From positions 792,526-856,525 of the forward strand of contig NW_014577070.1 of the NCBI RefSeq assembly GCF_000485595.1: DNA of 64,000 nt. Reading direction: 5' to 3'. Below the pieces are notes generated by a model. It was not told where the DNA came from, ran no database searches, and saw nothing but the letters and a program-made list of their open reading frames with translations. Origin of the DNA: Priapulus caudatus (lineage: Eukaryota). The translations under genes and the position numbers were made by a program. The first letter of the stretch is position 1, and each line of letters begins with the position of its first letter. This document shows positions 39,257 to 51,733 of the stretch, piece by piece.

Positions 39257-39579
39257 GCTGAGAGGGTCTATGTCTCCCGGGGTACTGCCGGAACGTACCC
39301 TGGGTACGGTCTGGTATACCGGAACCGCGGCGGAACGTACCCTGGTACTATCTAATATGCCGAACCGTACCTCGCCTACTCCACTAACGAGTCTAGGGAG
39401 TCGCCTACGCCTACTCCCTAACCCGAACCCGAACCCGAACCGTAATCCTAACCCTAACCCTAACCCTAATCCTAACCCTAACCATATCAAATAGTGACCA
39501 GCTAGGGTACGTTCCGGTATACCGGACCGTACCCAGGGTACGTTCCGGCAGTACCCTGGGGGACATAGACCCTATGAGC
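39257..39579. mobile_element. MITE copy 2 with internal (CCCTAA)n
   Basis: Same TIRs; exact 9-bp TSD TATACTTAT (39248-39256 and 39580-39588). Confidence 0.78.
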
Positions 39580-39666
39580 TATACTTATGGTCAGGGGTGA
39601 AATAAAAATAAGCAAAACTTTTCACTTCACAACTTGACATTATAAGTTCGTTCTTGGTCTAGTGAT

Positions 39667-39903
39667 GCTCATAAGGTCTATGTCTCCCTGGGTACTTCCG
39701 AGACGTACCCTGGGTACGGTCCGGTATACCGGAACGTACCCTGGTAACTATTATAGATAATCAGATAGTTACCAGGGTTAGGGTTAGGGTTAGGGTTAGA
39801 TCTGATTCTGGTAATCAGATAGTTACCAGGGTACGTTCCGATATACCGGACCGTACCCAGGGTACGTTCCGGCAGTACTCAGGGAGACATAAATCCTATC
39901 AGC
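39667..39903. mobile_element. MITE copy 3 with internal (TTAGGG)n
   Basis: Same TIR family; flanks TCTAGTGAT and GGTAGTGAT match at 7 of 9 positions. Confidence 0.7.
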
Positions 39904-40317
39904 GGTAGTGATACATGGTAATACGAGCATGTTGCACATTGTCATTGATACGTATGGCAGTATGGAAGTCACTTGTTGTATTGACTATTGTTATTACTGC
40001 CTGGGTACTGAACCATGATCAACCGACTTTCACAGGCGTTATACTTAATTTTAAGTCAAGTCAAGTCTACAGCCAGCTATTGCATGGCACTTACGAACAG
40101 AATCATAGATCTGATCGTGTAGGGCCTATCCAGTTTTGAATAAATCACTTGTGAGCGGGTTTGGTCACCCTTTCACTCTCCATCTTCCGTCATGGTCCCG
40201 TATTATAAGGACATTATTATAAGGCTTTTATAGGTTATGAGACTAATCATTACGAGGTTACGGCTTTAGGCATGCATGTTGTTCTAATATATAATGACAA
40301 ATGCCTTGTACCATCAG

Positions 40318-40504
40318 GTTACGTGGGAGTACAATGGCGTACCAATTACTGAGGATGAGAAACACCAAATCTTCTACAACCCAGAGGAAGATATGCATTA
40401 CCTCACCATTCCTGACTCGGTCTTCCCCGATTCTGGCAAATACAGTGCTGTGGCGACAAATGACTTTGGCAAGGCGATCTGCACTGCTGAGATGCTTGTT
40501 GAAG
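40318..40504 (+). CDS. Ig domain 9, C-terminal half
   Basis: VTWEYNG..PDSGKYSAVATNDFG; phase 0->1. Confidence 0.92.
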
Positions 40505-40684
40505 GTACACACATGCACGTGAATTTATATATCTTTTCCATTATGGTAACACGAAAAACACATACATGTACTTGGTTGAAATATGAGTAGGTCATTATTT
40601 TAGTCTTTTAGGTGAATATAATAAGTGCATGTTTGTATACCAAAAAGTAGTCACATTTAATAGTGTAATTTATTGCATATTTAG

Positions 40685-40785
40685 GAGTTCCACCAAAGTT
40701 TGTGGTTTTGCCGGATGCAATGCTGAGACCAGTGCATGAAACAGCACCATTCAAGTGCAAGGTGACAGGAGAGCCAACACCTGAG
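40685..40785 (+). CDS. Ig domain 10, N-terminal half
   Basis: VPPKFVVLP..FKCKVTGEPTPE; gtaagt donor. Confidence 0.9.
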
Positions 40786-41028
40786 GTAAGTCATGGTGTG
40801 AAGTGTAGCGTGGTTGCAATCACGTAGTGGTTTCAAAAGTTACAATAATAAAAAAAGAAAAATGATTATTTTATTATATAAATACATAATTAACTATTGT
40901 AGTATTGTATTTAGAATTATATTACATTTAACCCCCTGTAGTTGCTACTGGCTTGTGTAAAATGACATCATTGCTTTGCAAACCACTAACTCCCATGGTT
41001 TTATTGTTTGCACATCGGCACATTTTAG

Positions 41029-41604
41029 GTAACGTGGCTGTATAATGGTGTGCCTGTGGAAGAGGACGACAGACACAAGCTGTATCACTCACCAGAAGAA
41101 GATATTCACCACCTTGACATCACGGATACCACATTAGATGACAGCGGCAACTATACTGCTGTAGCGAAGAACAAGTTTGGCACAGCCAAGTGCACCGCAG
41201 AACTTGTTATCGAGGGTATTCCACCGAAGTTCACTGTGCTGCCGGAAGCAAAACTGGCACCAATCACACAGCCAGCTACACTCACGTGCAGAGTGACTGG
41301 AATTCCTGTACCGGATGTCAGCTACGAATACAACGGTACGCCGTTGCAGCCCGACGAGAGACACCAAGTGAGATACGTCCCAGAGGAAGATCTACACTAC
41401 CTCACCATTCCCGAAACCATCCTAGAAGACAGTGGCGACTATACAATCATCGCCAAGAACAAATTTGGAACGGCCAAAGTCACTGCAGAGCTTCTCGTGG
41501 AAGGTGTAGCGCCAGTGTTTGTGGTATTACCAGAGGCAATGCTCGTACCATTCAATGAGGATATCCCACTGAAATGCCGAGTGACAGGAGTTCCACAACC
41601 AGAA
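41029..41604 (+). CDS. Ig 10 C-terminal half, Ig 11, Ig 12 N-terminal half
   Basis: 200-aa ORF of tandem I-set domains; phase 0-0. Confidence 0.93.
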
Positions 41605-41734
41605 GTATGTATGACACGAACCCATATTGAGAACATGTCTAAATATATATGATAAATCATTCAATAAAGTGATTGCTTATGACATAAGTGTTATGGCATG
41701 AATGAAAAATTTTTCTTCAATATTTTTTAACCAG

Positions 41735-41921
41735 GTAACATGGGAGTACAACAAAATGCCGATTCATCCAGATGAAAGGTATCAGGTGTATTACTCACCT
41801 GAAAAAGACCTGCATCATTTGACAATAAAGAAGTCTGACCTACCAGACAGTGGTAACTACACTGCAGTGGCCAAAAACCGCTTCGGCACTGCCAAGTGCA
41901 CTGCTGAAATTGTGGTCGAAG
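41735..41921 (+). CDS. Ig domain 12, C-terminal half
   Basis: VTWEYNK..PDSGNYTAVAKNRFG. Confidence 0.92.
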
Positions 41922-42432
41922 GTATTACTAATTTACTATTATAAATGTGTTATCAACATGGATAATTAGCTACAGAAGTATGCATAGGCCTATGTCATTG
42001 CAAAAACATTAATAAACAATGTGTTAAATTCAGTATGTCAGGCAATAAGGTAATTCATCCCTCGTGTTAATTGGAGTCATTTACACATGTCATAAATGTG
42101 GACCCAATACGTGTACAGGTAAACACAATCGAATTGGAGACCTGTACATTAAGCTGACTAAACACTGACACTTTGACTGTGGTGGGATTGTCAAAAGCAA
42201 CCCGCTGTAAATTATGACATGTCGATTAGGAAATTTGGAGGATATATGGGATGTCACCAATTGTCTTCAGCTTTGAAGGCTTCTAGTACTCAACATCTGT
42301 CAAAGGCCTGGGGAGTACCCATATATCAATGTATTATATAATGATAATAATATAATGCAAAGAAAGAGGTGTAAACTTACTTATGATGATATTTTCTGTG
42401 TAGATGTAATGGAATACAAATATTCTTTGCAG

Positions 42433-42720
42433 GTCGCTCACCAAAGTTTGTGGTTCCTCTGGACGCTATGGTAGTACCAATTGGTAAGGAGGTGCCACTA
42501 AAGTGCAAGGTGACTGGTTTACCTAGACCAGAGGTGACATGGGAGTACAATGGTGTTCCTCTCATAGAAGATGAGAAACATGTGACTAGCTATACGCCAG
42601 AGGATGACACGCACCATCTGACAATCACAGAGGCCATATTGCCTGACAGCGGAAGGTACACAGCAGTAGCCAAAAATCAATTTGGAACAGCAAAGTGCAC
42701 TGCTGAGGTGCTTATGGAAG
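42433..42720 (+). CDS. Ig domain 13 (single 288-nt exon)
   Basis: Complete I-set domain, phase 1-1. Confidence 0.93.
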
Positions 42721-43002
42721 GTAATCTATTATATTTTATGCTTTTGTTATATAAAATTTACTAGACTCAACTCTCAATGTTTAAATTCAAGTTGTAAGTG
42801 ATATTAAAAAAATGCATTTTGTGGAATGGCATGACTTATTACAGTTTGCATACATGTATGATGTTAAAAATTACTATAAAATTATAGTACAAATTCTACA
42901 ATGCAATGTTATTATATTTATTCTAACCAATGTGCCTTTTAATGTTAATGGTGAAATCGAGTCACTAACAAAAGATATTTCTTACATCTGTTTACCGTCT
43001 AG

Positions 43003-43290
43003 GTGTTCCACCACAGTTTGTCATTCCTCTGGAGCCGATGCTTGTTGGATACAATGACGACACTGTGCTGAAGTGTCAGGTGACAGGCGAACCTAAACCG
43101 AGTGTCGAGTGGCTGTTTAATGGTGTACCCATTGAGGAAGACGATTGCCACAAGATCACGTACGTACCAGAGAATGATACTCATCAGCTGACCATCACCC
43201 AGACAACACCACTCGACTCTGGGATGTATACTGCTGTGGCAAAGAACGACTTTGGAAGGTCTATCTGCACTGTTGAGCTGCTTGTGGAAG
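43003..43290 (+). CDS. Ig domain 14 (single 288-nt exon)
   Basis: Complete I-set domain, phase 1-1. Confidence 0.93.
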
Positions 43291-43522
43291 GTTGGTTGCT
43301 TCTAATTCTGATGATTCATGTACTCACGTTCTTGTTCATAACTATCTGTCATCTGATATGTAGTTATGACGATTTAAAATTGAAGGTTATACGTCTTACC
43401 AATAACAGATAAAATATTTTCAGACATTCCTAATATGATGCTTAACCATGTTAAATAAGTTTACATCATGTAATTAGCGGCAGTACATTAATGCAACTCA
43501 TATTATTACTGCTCTGGCACAG

Positions 43523-43683
43523 AATTCGAGGAAATTAAGGTTGAAGAAACAGAAGAGGTGAAGGTTGAAAGGAGGAAAAAACGAAAAGAAAAGAAAATCA
43601 AAAAGGGTTCAGCACCACAGTTTATTGTGCCCCTGGAAGGCTTTGCTGTCACTCAGGACATGACCGTACCCTTTAAGTGCAAG
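43523..43683 (+). CDS. Charged linker plus Ig 15 N-terminal part
   Basis: RRKKRKEKKIKKGSAPQFIVPLE..FKCK; phase 1->0. Confidence 0.88.
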
Positions 43684-43868
43684 GTAATAGCACTGGCTAG
43701 ATATCTAATTGTGTTTAAAAAATGTTATTAGTTCTACAACTCTCTACCTTCATAGAGCATTTTAATAAAACATCCATTGATATAGAAAACGAAACTGATA
43801 TAATATTGTCACATGAATGTCAAATGAACAATGAATTACATGTGCTTTGTTTTCAATTTTTACACAAG

Positions 43869-44079
43869 GTCATCGGTGAACCCAAGCCAGAGGTAACGTG
43901 GCTGTTTAATGGCGAACCATTCAGTCCAGATGAGAGACACACTGTGACTTACGTGGAAGAAGATGACACGCATTATCTGACCATCATGGAAGTAAAACCT
44001 GAAGACATGGGCAGATACACAGTTGTTGCAAGGAACGAGTTTGGCGAGTCAGTCTGCACTGCAGAGCTCATTGTTGAAA
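43869..44079 (+). CDS. Ig domain 15, C-terminal part
   Basis: VIGEPKPEVTW..EDMGRYTVVARNEFG; gtaagt donor. Confidence 0.9.
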
Positions 44080-44431
44080 GTAAGTACCGGTATACCTTAT
44101 TATGAATGAATATAGAATAAAGTAACGTATTGTTTGTATAAACGTTACTCCTAAAAGAATCGTATCTATTTCAAGCATCATGTAACTAATAGCCCTTTGT
44201 CATGTTATAGCTACAGCCATTCTTTGTGCTGCATTTATTTGGTAGAACTCGAAAATGCTCGATGTGTTGTCACAGGGGTAGAAATTAACTTTTGAACAAC
44301 AGACTCCCTGCTCTCAAAAAGAGGGAGTCCGCAGTCTGAAGTTCAAAACTAAAGATGTTAACAATAACGCGTTGTGATGAAATACTCTTACAATACTTGA
44401 AATGTAATTGATGTTGTGTTACACTACGCAG

Positions 44432-44548
44432 AGCCTAAAGAAGAGCAGGTCCCTCCTACATTTGTAAAGAAACCCAAGTCTCAACAAGTGAGAGAGAATG
44501 AGACGGTTACCTTCAGCTGCGAGATCACTGGCAAGCCTCACCCAGAAG
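44432..44548 (+). CDS. Ig domain 16, N-terminal half
   Basis: PPTFVKKPKSQQV..FSCEITGKPHPE. Confidence 0.9.
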
Positions 44549-44671
44549 GTATGCAATTTTGAAAGATTAATGTTGATTTATGTGTTTACTTTTAGTACCT
44601 AATGCAAAAACTATATTATGTTACCTTATAATGAATTTTATTAGTACAGTTTCATGTATTTCTTTGTTTAG

Positions 44672-44854
44672 TCGTGTGGACGTTCAACGACATGGTCCTC
44701 ACTGCATCCGAACACGTCACCATCACCAGAGTGGAAACAATTTACACTGTGACAATCACAAAGGTGAAGCGAATGGTTCATCAGGGTCATTATACTGTTA
44801 CGGCAAAGAACCCTAGTGGCACTTCCGTTTGCACTGCTGAGCTTACTGTTGAAG
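44672..44854 (+). CDS. Ig domain 16, C-terminal half
   Basis: VWTFND..HQGHYTVTAKNPSG. Confidence 0.9.
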
Positions 44855-45064
44855 GTTAGTATCTATCTAGTATGATCAGAAAAGCGTGAATTGCCATCTG
44901 GCCAATGTGACATTTACATGCCATATATCACCTCATGTAACTGGCTCATGCATGGTCGCAGTTTATCACTTGAATAGTCACATTAATTGTGTGCTTGTCT
45001 TAATTTCTTACTACTACCCATACTTACAATAGACATATACATGCCTGTTAATTGATGCTTGCAG

Positions 45065-45132
45065 AAGAACCTCTCATCATTCCTTTTGAGGAAACAAAGG
45101 CTCCCGAATTCAAGGACAAGTTCAACTCGATG
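45065..45132 (+). CDS. Linker plus start of Ig 17
   Basis: EETKAPEFKDKFNSM; phase 1->0. Confidence 0.8.
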
Positions 45133-45374
45133 GTATTTCTTCTCTTTATTAATATAAATGTCGCTTCCATGGCCTTTCATGTTAGCTTTAAAATGCTTAC
45201 CTAGCGATCAGTAGCATGAAATGTTTTTATTGTTTTGAGTAGGCACAGGTACAGTTGAAAATTGCAGGCTGCATGCAAATACATATTAATTATGTTATAA
45301 GCTGATACACTTTTAATTTCACAATATCTGTCATTCTCATGTCTCGGTAATTATGTATGTTGTTATCATTACAG

Positions 45375-45451
45375 GTTGTTCATGATGGCAGCACAGTTAC
45401 GTTCAGAGCTGTCCTCTCTGGTACTCCCAAACCAGTTGTAAAGTGGTATAA
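45375..45451 (+). CDS. Ig 17, middle
   Basis: VVHDGSTVTFRAVLSGTPKPVVKWY; phase 0->2. Confidence 0.88.
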
Positions 45452-46418
45452 GTAAGTATTTAGATTTTTCTGATTTTATATGATAACTATAATCCTAAAT
45501 TGTAACAATGATATCGGTGTGTATCGATTTCTCTCCGTAAAATGTGGACATAACTGTATTGGACTACAGTATTATCCTGTGTTGCAACAACTCAGATTAC
45601 GTAAATTCACGTAATGTAATTAAGTGATGATCTTAACTCTGGATAAAACAACTAGCCCATGTGTAATTTGCAAATTATAACCAATTAACTCGGGATTTGC
45701 AAATTTGTGATTATGGAATTGTTCAAATGATTTAACAGGTTATTTTTCACAAAAAGTGGCATGCTCTATCATCGTAAATAAATTTTTTGTAATAAAAATG
45801 CAGCCCGCTACCAACATGTTCGGCAGGTCATCTGTGATGTGTAATGTGCCACTATTGCATTAGATAGTGTGACCTGTACGTGCACCTCATGTTTATGAAA
45901 TATGCATATTCCCGTGGTCGCCCTTCTACATCCAATATTTCGATAGCAGTTTACAGCAGCCTCACACGCTAGATGCTACAATGAGCCATACAAAGAGGAG
46001 ATCCGTCGTAAACAGCTACCAACTGTAGATAAATTTTGACCTCCAGGACAGGGCTTGAGATACCTGATCTCTTCAGTGATAGTGATAATGATAGCGAGCT
46101 AGCTCGTAACAACGTCCCTCCTTCTCCCTCATAATGATTCAAACTCTAAATTCCCTTTCCATCCCAGTGTAATTATGATACTATCTTACATGATTTAATA
46201 ATTCATATTTGTGCTTAAAATATTTAATTGCTGGCATAATTGTCCTAGTACTTGTTTTAGCTGAAAGATTTTCCAAAGAAAAGTATAATGGACTACAATA
46301 GAAAAACATGGTTCATGTTATGGATTTGCTCATTATGAACGTTTTTCTCTGGGGCTCATTATTTGCATAACACGAGGTATTACTGTGTTACTAAAGCACA
46401 TGTGATTGTGTATTTCAG

Positions 46419-46585
46419 AGACAATGAAGAGATTAGAGAGCACAAGGACATACGGGTTACATACGAGGATAACCTTGCTAAACTAGAAATCCTTGAGGTG
46501 TTTCCAGAAGACACTGGAGTGTATCGCTGTGTGGCTACTAATGAACTGGGCACTGCAGAATGTGTTGCTGTTCTAACTGTGGAAG
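46419..46585 (+). CDS. Ig 17, C-terminal part
   Basis: LEILEVFPEDTGVYRCVATNELG; phase 2->1. Confidence 0.9.
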
Positions 46586-47020
46586 GTAGATCTGCATTTT
46601 ATTTTATTATATTCATTGCATATAGTTTTTTAAAGGAATACTTTACTCTAGAATTTGAGAGTATATTATGATAGTAGATTTATAAATAATAGCACATACC
46701 TACAAATATCTATAATTACGCATTTACGTTTGTCATAAAACAACATTAAATTTCGAAATCTTCATTTTTGGGCGCTGACATGACACCCTTGACCGTGCTG
46801 CCATCCTGAAAAAGTTGCGCATTTGACAATTTATTTTGCACATTACAGACCGAGGGCTAATCACAATACATTAAATACTAATAGATCAAAACATATGGAA
46901 AATTGATTTGAATTTGTATTTGTTATTTGTATAATTGCAATAAAAGCTATCTAAAAGTAAGCAATACTACTAGGTAATGATTTTATTATTAGTTATTAGC
47001 TCAAATTTTGTATATTCCAG

Positions 47021-47113
47021 TGACCGTTATGTCTGTGTCAGAACACATATCTGAAGAAATACTGGTTCCCTCTATTGTGGAAGAGGAAATTATACCAGAA
47101 GAGGAAATGCCAG
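47021..47113 (+). CDS. Glu-rich cassette exon
   Basis: ccag acceptor, gtaagg donor, 93 nt, phase 1-1. Confidence 0.8.
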
Positions 47114-47331
47114 GTAAGGAATAGTAAAACCATGCTGCAAACGAAAGTGCAAGTTATCAGTTGTAATTTTCTGATGAATATACGTCTTATTCAAACATTT
47201 TGCGAATTTTCATTAATGATTTTATTACAGGATTGATAATATTGTCAATGTCAATAGCACTGTGTGCATCAGAAAAGCTATCATACGAAATCGAATTATT
47301 TCTGATTAACCCCATGATTTTCAAATTAAAG

Positions 47332-47706
47332 GAATCAAAGAAATTCAGGAAGAAGTCATTGAGACTACACAGGTTGTAAAGAAGAAGAAGAAAAAGAAGG
47401 AGAAAGTAGAAAAGCAAATCACAGAGATGACATTTGAGGTAGAAAAGCCAGATGAGCACACAGAGACAGTAGAAAGTGTGACTCTGGACATTCAACGCAA
47501 AGATCATGTTGAAACAACAGAAAAGCAAGCAATAGTTCCTCAACAAACAACAGAAACAGAAATTGTCCTTGAAGCTGGAAAGCCGGTAGAGATTGAAGGA
47601 ATGCCAGAAGAGATTGTGAAGGAAGCAGATAAGCCAAAAGAGCATGTGACAGAAGCTGAGCTGATCTTGCAGCGCACTGATGTGGTGGAAGAAATAGTGG
47701 AAGCAG
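47332..47706 (+). CDS. PEVK-like exon with poly-Lys tract
   Basis: Open frame; CAG|gtaaga donor; acceptor at 47332 or 47341. Confidence 0.8.
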
Positions 47707-48133
47707 GTAAGAATTCTGCTGAATTTTTGCACTACACATACCGGCACTAATACATCTGATGGAACCAAAGAGGAATCCTGGTAGAAGCTGTTATTTCATA
47801 GCTTCTTAGCTTTGTTCGTAAATAATATATTTCACATGTCAGCGATCAGGGACCTATAAACAGTGTTGATGCTAGTGACTTTGTTTGGCTGCTTAAGGCT
47901 TTATACTGTGGGTGTTGTCCCAACATTGTGTGTGACTGGTAAATGGGCTGTGCGTCTTGTATTCCTTTGTTTGTTTGTTATTTACACACTCCCGAATTTT
48001 TAGTGTAAGCATTAAAGCGAATTTCTCTGATATACTAGCTGTTATGAATTTATAATACAGGCACCAAATCTGCTGATGGTTGTATTAAGATTCTGCTGGC
48101 ATTATCTGATAATTGGCTCGTGCGTTTTTATAG

Positions 48134-48403
48134 TTACTGAGAAACCTAAGAAAAAGAAGAAGAAGCCTAAGGAAGAGGCGCCAGTAGAGGAGGTTGTTCC
48201 TGTAGAGGAAATTCCTGTAGAAGAGGTTCATGAAGAAAGGGTAGAGATGGTGATAGAGTTTGAACAACCAGAAGAAACTCCCGAGGAGATTCCTCAACCT
48301 GAACTGGTGCCTCAGCCAGAGGAGATCATTGAAGAAGAGGTTCCGGAAGAGCGTGTTGAAATGGTTATAGAGTTCACAAAACCAGAGGAGGTTGTGGAGG
48401 AAG
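48134..48403 (+). CDS. PEVK repeat exon A
   Basis: TEKPKKKKKKPKEE..EEVVEE; atag acceptor, gtttgt donor; 270 nt. Confidence 0.88.
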
Positions 48404-48443
48404 GTTTGTGTTTTTCACGGAAAGATAATGAGATATATTTTAT

Positions 48444-49151
48444 CAAGAGCATATAAAGAAGGAGAGCGTACAACGGTAAAATGCTGAAACCATGTTGCAG
48501 TATTAGTCGAATTAATAAACTTTCCCCGTGTTATTTTGACGATTCTTTGCAGTATCATTGATCAGCTGTCCTACCTTGTTCATGTAAAACAAACCGCATG
48601 TCCCTACGATGCCCATACACTGAGATAATGAGCGGTGAAAATCTGGTATTTTCGCTGAACACCGACTAGACATTAGTCAGTACTGCGACCCACTCTCGAA
48701 GTGTGGCCAGGGTGTTGCTTCCGGTCGCTGCTGTGTAGCGCCATAGTGGCGCTGACTCACGTCATACTACCAGAGTTTACTATACATCCAGCGTGAGGTG
48801 GGCGTGAGGTGGGCACAGGTGGGGGTCATAACTATGGCAATCAATGACAGACGTCATTCATTCCATTTGTCAATCACTGACGGAAACACGCGAGGTTTAC
48901 CGAAGTTATAACACTTCGAGAGGCAGTCACAGTAACTGACTGATCTCGAGTCAGTTTTCGGCGAAAATACCAGATTTTTACCGCTCATTATCTCAGCGTA
49001 GGGGCATCATAGGGACATGCGGTTTGTTTTATATGAACAAGGTAGGACAGCTGATCAATAATAAAACGGGGAAAGTTTATTAATTCGACTAATACTGTAA
49101 CATGGTTTCAGCATTTTACCGTTGTACGCTCTCCTTCTTTATATGCTCTTG
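48444..49151. mobile_element. Long-TIR MITE with CAAG...CTTG ends and a 7-bp TSD (P-element-superfamily-like)
   Basis: Inverted arms of about 250 bp; ATTTTAT at 48437-48443 and 49152-49158; empty site visible in the paralogous intron near 49688. Confidence 0.85.
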
Positions 49152-49377
49152 ATTTTATCGGTGTGTGTGGATTTTATTTATGCACTCAATTGTTTCTATG
49201 TGCATCTTGTAAGCCCCCCTTTCACTGTTTTCTCCAAATCCTCGGTGTGATAAAGGCAATCATTTGGGTATAATGGCTTTTGGCGACTCATATTACATTA
49301 ACCAGTTCTGTTACTGGTGGGTGTATTTGAGTTGAGCTGACATTGTCTGATGATTGCCTTGGATGCTGTTGTTATAG

Positions 49378-49653
49378 TTACTGAGAAACCTAAGAAAAAG
49401 AAGAAGAAGAAGCCTAAGGAAGAGGTGCCAGTAGAGGAGGTTGTTCCGGTAGAGGAAATTCTTGTAGAGGAGGTTCATGAAGAGAGGGTAGAGATGGTGA
49501 TAGAGGTTGAACAACCAGAAGAAACTTCCGAGGAGATTCCTCAACCTGAACTGGTGCCTCAGCCAGAGGAGGTCATTGAAGAAGAGGAAGTACATGAAGA
49601 ACGTGTTGAGATGGTTATAGAATTCACAACACCAGAGGAAGTTGTGGAGGAAG
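49378..49653 (+). CDS. PEVK repeat exon B
   Basis: Paralogue of exon A; 276 nt. Confidence 0.88.
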
Positions 49654-49916
49654 GTTTGTGTTTTTTTATCAAAAGTTTGTGAGATGTATTTTATCAGTGT
49701 GTGTGTGAATGTCATCTATGCACTCAGTTGTTTAAATGTGCATCTTGTTATCCCCTTTTTATTTGTTTTCTTCTAAATCCTTAGTGTGATAAAGGCAATC
49801 ATTTGGGTATAATAGCTTTTGGAGACTCATATTACATTAACCAGTTCTGTTACTGGTGGATGTATTTGAGTTGTGCTGACATTGTCTGATGATTGCCTTG
49901 CATGGTGTTGTTATAG

Positions 49917-50204
49917 TTACTGAGAAGCCTAAGAAGAAGAAGAAGAAGCCTAAGGAAGAGGTGCCAGTAGAGGAGGTTGTTCCGGTAGTGGAAACTCCTG
50001 TAGAGGAAATTCCTGTAGAGGAGGTTTATGAAGAGAGGGTTGAGATGGTGATAGAAGTTGAACAACCAGAAGAAACTCCCGAGGAGATTCTTCAACCTGA
50101 ACTGGTGCCTCAGCCAGAGGAGGTCATTGAAGAAGAGGAAGTACATGAAGAACGTGTTGAGATGGTTATAGAGTTCACAACACCAGAGGAAGTTGTGGAG
50201 GAAG
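49917..50204 (+). CDS. PEVK repeat exon C
   Basis: Paralogue of exon A; 288 nt. Confidence 0.88.
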
Positions 50205-50474
50205 GTTTGTGTTACTCAAGTAGAGATAGTTGGATATTTCCTTTACTTATAGGTGCATGAACGTCATTTAGACATTAAATTGCTATACTGTGTGTCTTTT
50301 CCTGTATTCCCTCTCCTGTTTCTTTTCTGCTAAATTCTTAGTTGGTGTCATAAAGGCAATCGATTGGATAAAGCAGCTGTTTTCAACATATAATACATTT
50401 ACCAGTGCAGTTACTGGTGGCTGTGTTTGAGTTGTGCTGACATTGTCTGATGATTGCCTTGCATGCTGTTGTAG

Positions 50475-50753
50475 TTATTGAGAAACGTACGAAAAAGAAG
50501 AAAAAGAAGAAGCCAAAGGATGAGGCACCAGTAGAGGAGGTTATAACTGTAGAGGAAACTCTTGTAGAGGAAGTTCTTGAAGAGAAGGTTGAGATGGTGA
50601 TAGAGGTTGAACAACCAGAAGAATCTCCTGAGGAGATTCCTCAACCTGAACTGGTGCCTCAGCCAGAGGAAGTCATTGAAGTAGAGGAAGTACATGAAGA
50701 ACGTGTTGAAATGGTTATAGAATTCACAAAAACAGAGGAAGTTGTGGAGGAAG
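50475..50753 (+). CDS. PEVK repeat exon D
   Basis: Paralogue of exon A; 279 nt. Confidence 0.88.
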
Positions 50754-50825
50754 GTTTGTGTTTTCCTATTGAAAATTAGTGACATGTATTTCAGTAGTAT
50801 GTGTTAATGTCTTTTATGCATGCAA

Positions 50826-51733
50826 TTTTTAGCTCACTTTGACATAGTCAAGTTGAGCTATTGCCATGGGTCGTCGTCCGTCGTCCGTCCGTCCGTCCGT
50901 CCGTCCGTCCGTCCGTCAGTCCATCAACATTTGGTTTCGGTCATCAACTGATAATCAGGAAAAAGTTTGACCCACAATGTTCTTGAAATTGGAAAAAGAA
51001 TGTAGGTGTGTAGTTGTTACTTGCTATCGCTCCCATATGGAACCGTCCATTTTGAGCCACGCCAGTCCGACGTACTTTCCGCAGCCACGGCAATTGGCAA
51101 AATGGGGGAGAGCGGAGAATCCATTTTAGTCACAGTCAGGTTCCAACGAATTTTGCTCCATTTTTGGTATGTGAATGAATAAGGGTAGGGCGGTGGTTTT
51201 ATTCGGGTCGGTTTTGAATTTAAACAAAAAAAACAAAAAAAAAAAAAAAGAAAATTTTATTTGCAAATTACGGTAGAAGTTTGGCAATTATTATTAGAAT
51301 AATTATATAAACACATAACGTCTGTGGTAGTACACACTCGTCTGGTTCGTTTTACAGATTATCATTGAACAATCTTTTTTAGCCACCCAAAATTGGTTTA
51401 TAATTATTTTATTAAATTATTTCCTCCTCACTCTGCCGATAATTTAAACGTCTTATTAAGGGATAAAGATTTACAACATGTCCGCGCGAACACAGCATAA
51501 CCTATTTATTTCAAGGCATCGCTACCAAAGGCGGGTTATAGCACCATCTACGGTCACAAATGTGATGTCATTTTTAAGGTCTTATAATTATTATTCGATA
51601 TGACAGAATATGGCAATCATTCCTATAAGTACGTCGATGGTTGTCAATTAAAACTGAACTCTCTTTGCTTACTCACTGCATCTTGTGTTCCTTTTTTGGA
51701 GTGAGTTACGTGCGGTGTTCATTGAACTCTTCA
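50826..51733 (+). mobile_element. HINE/Helentron-associated non-autonomous element
   Basis: Starts in a T-run with AGCTCAC..TGAGCT inverted repeat, then a (GTCC)n microsatellite and a 3' GTTCA-T-TGAAC hairpin; absent from paralogous introns. Confidence 0.7.

Noticed and set aside
39059..39494. GLGLGL and PNPNPN ORFs, or a true telomere
   Set aside because: Short TTAGGG tracts inside TIR elements, internal to an intron
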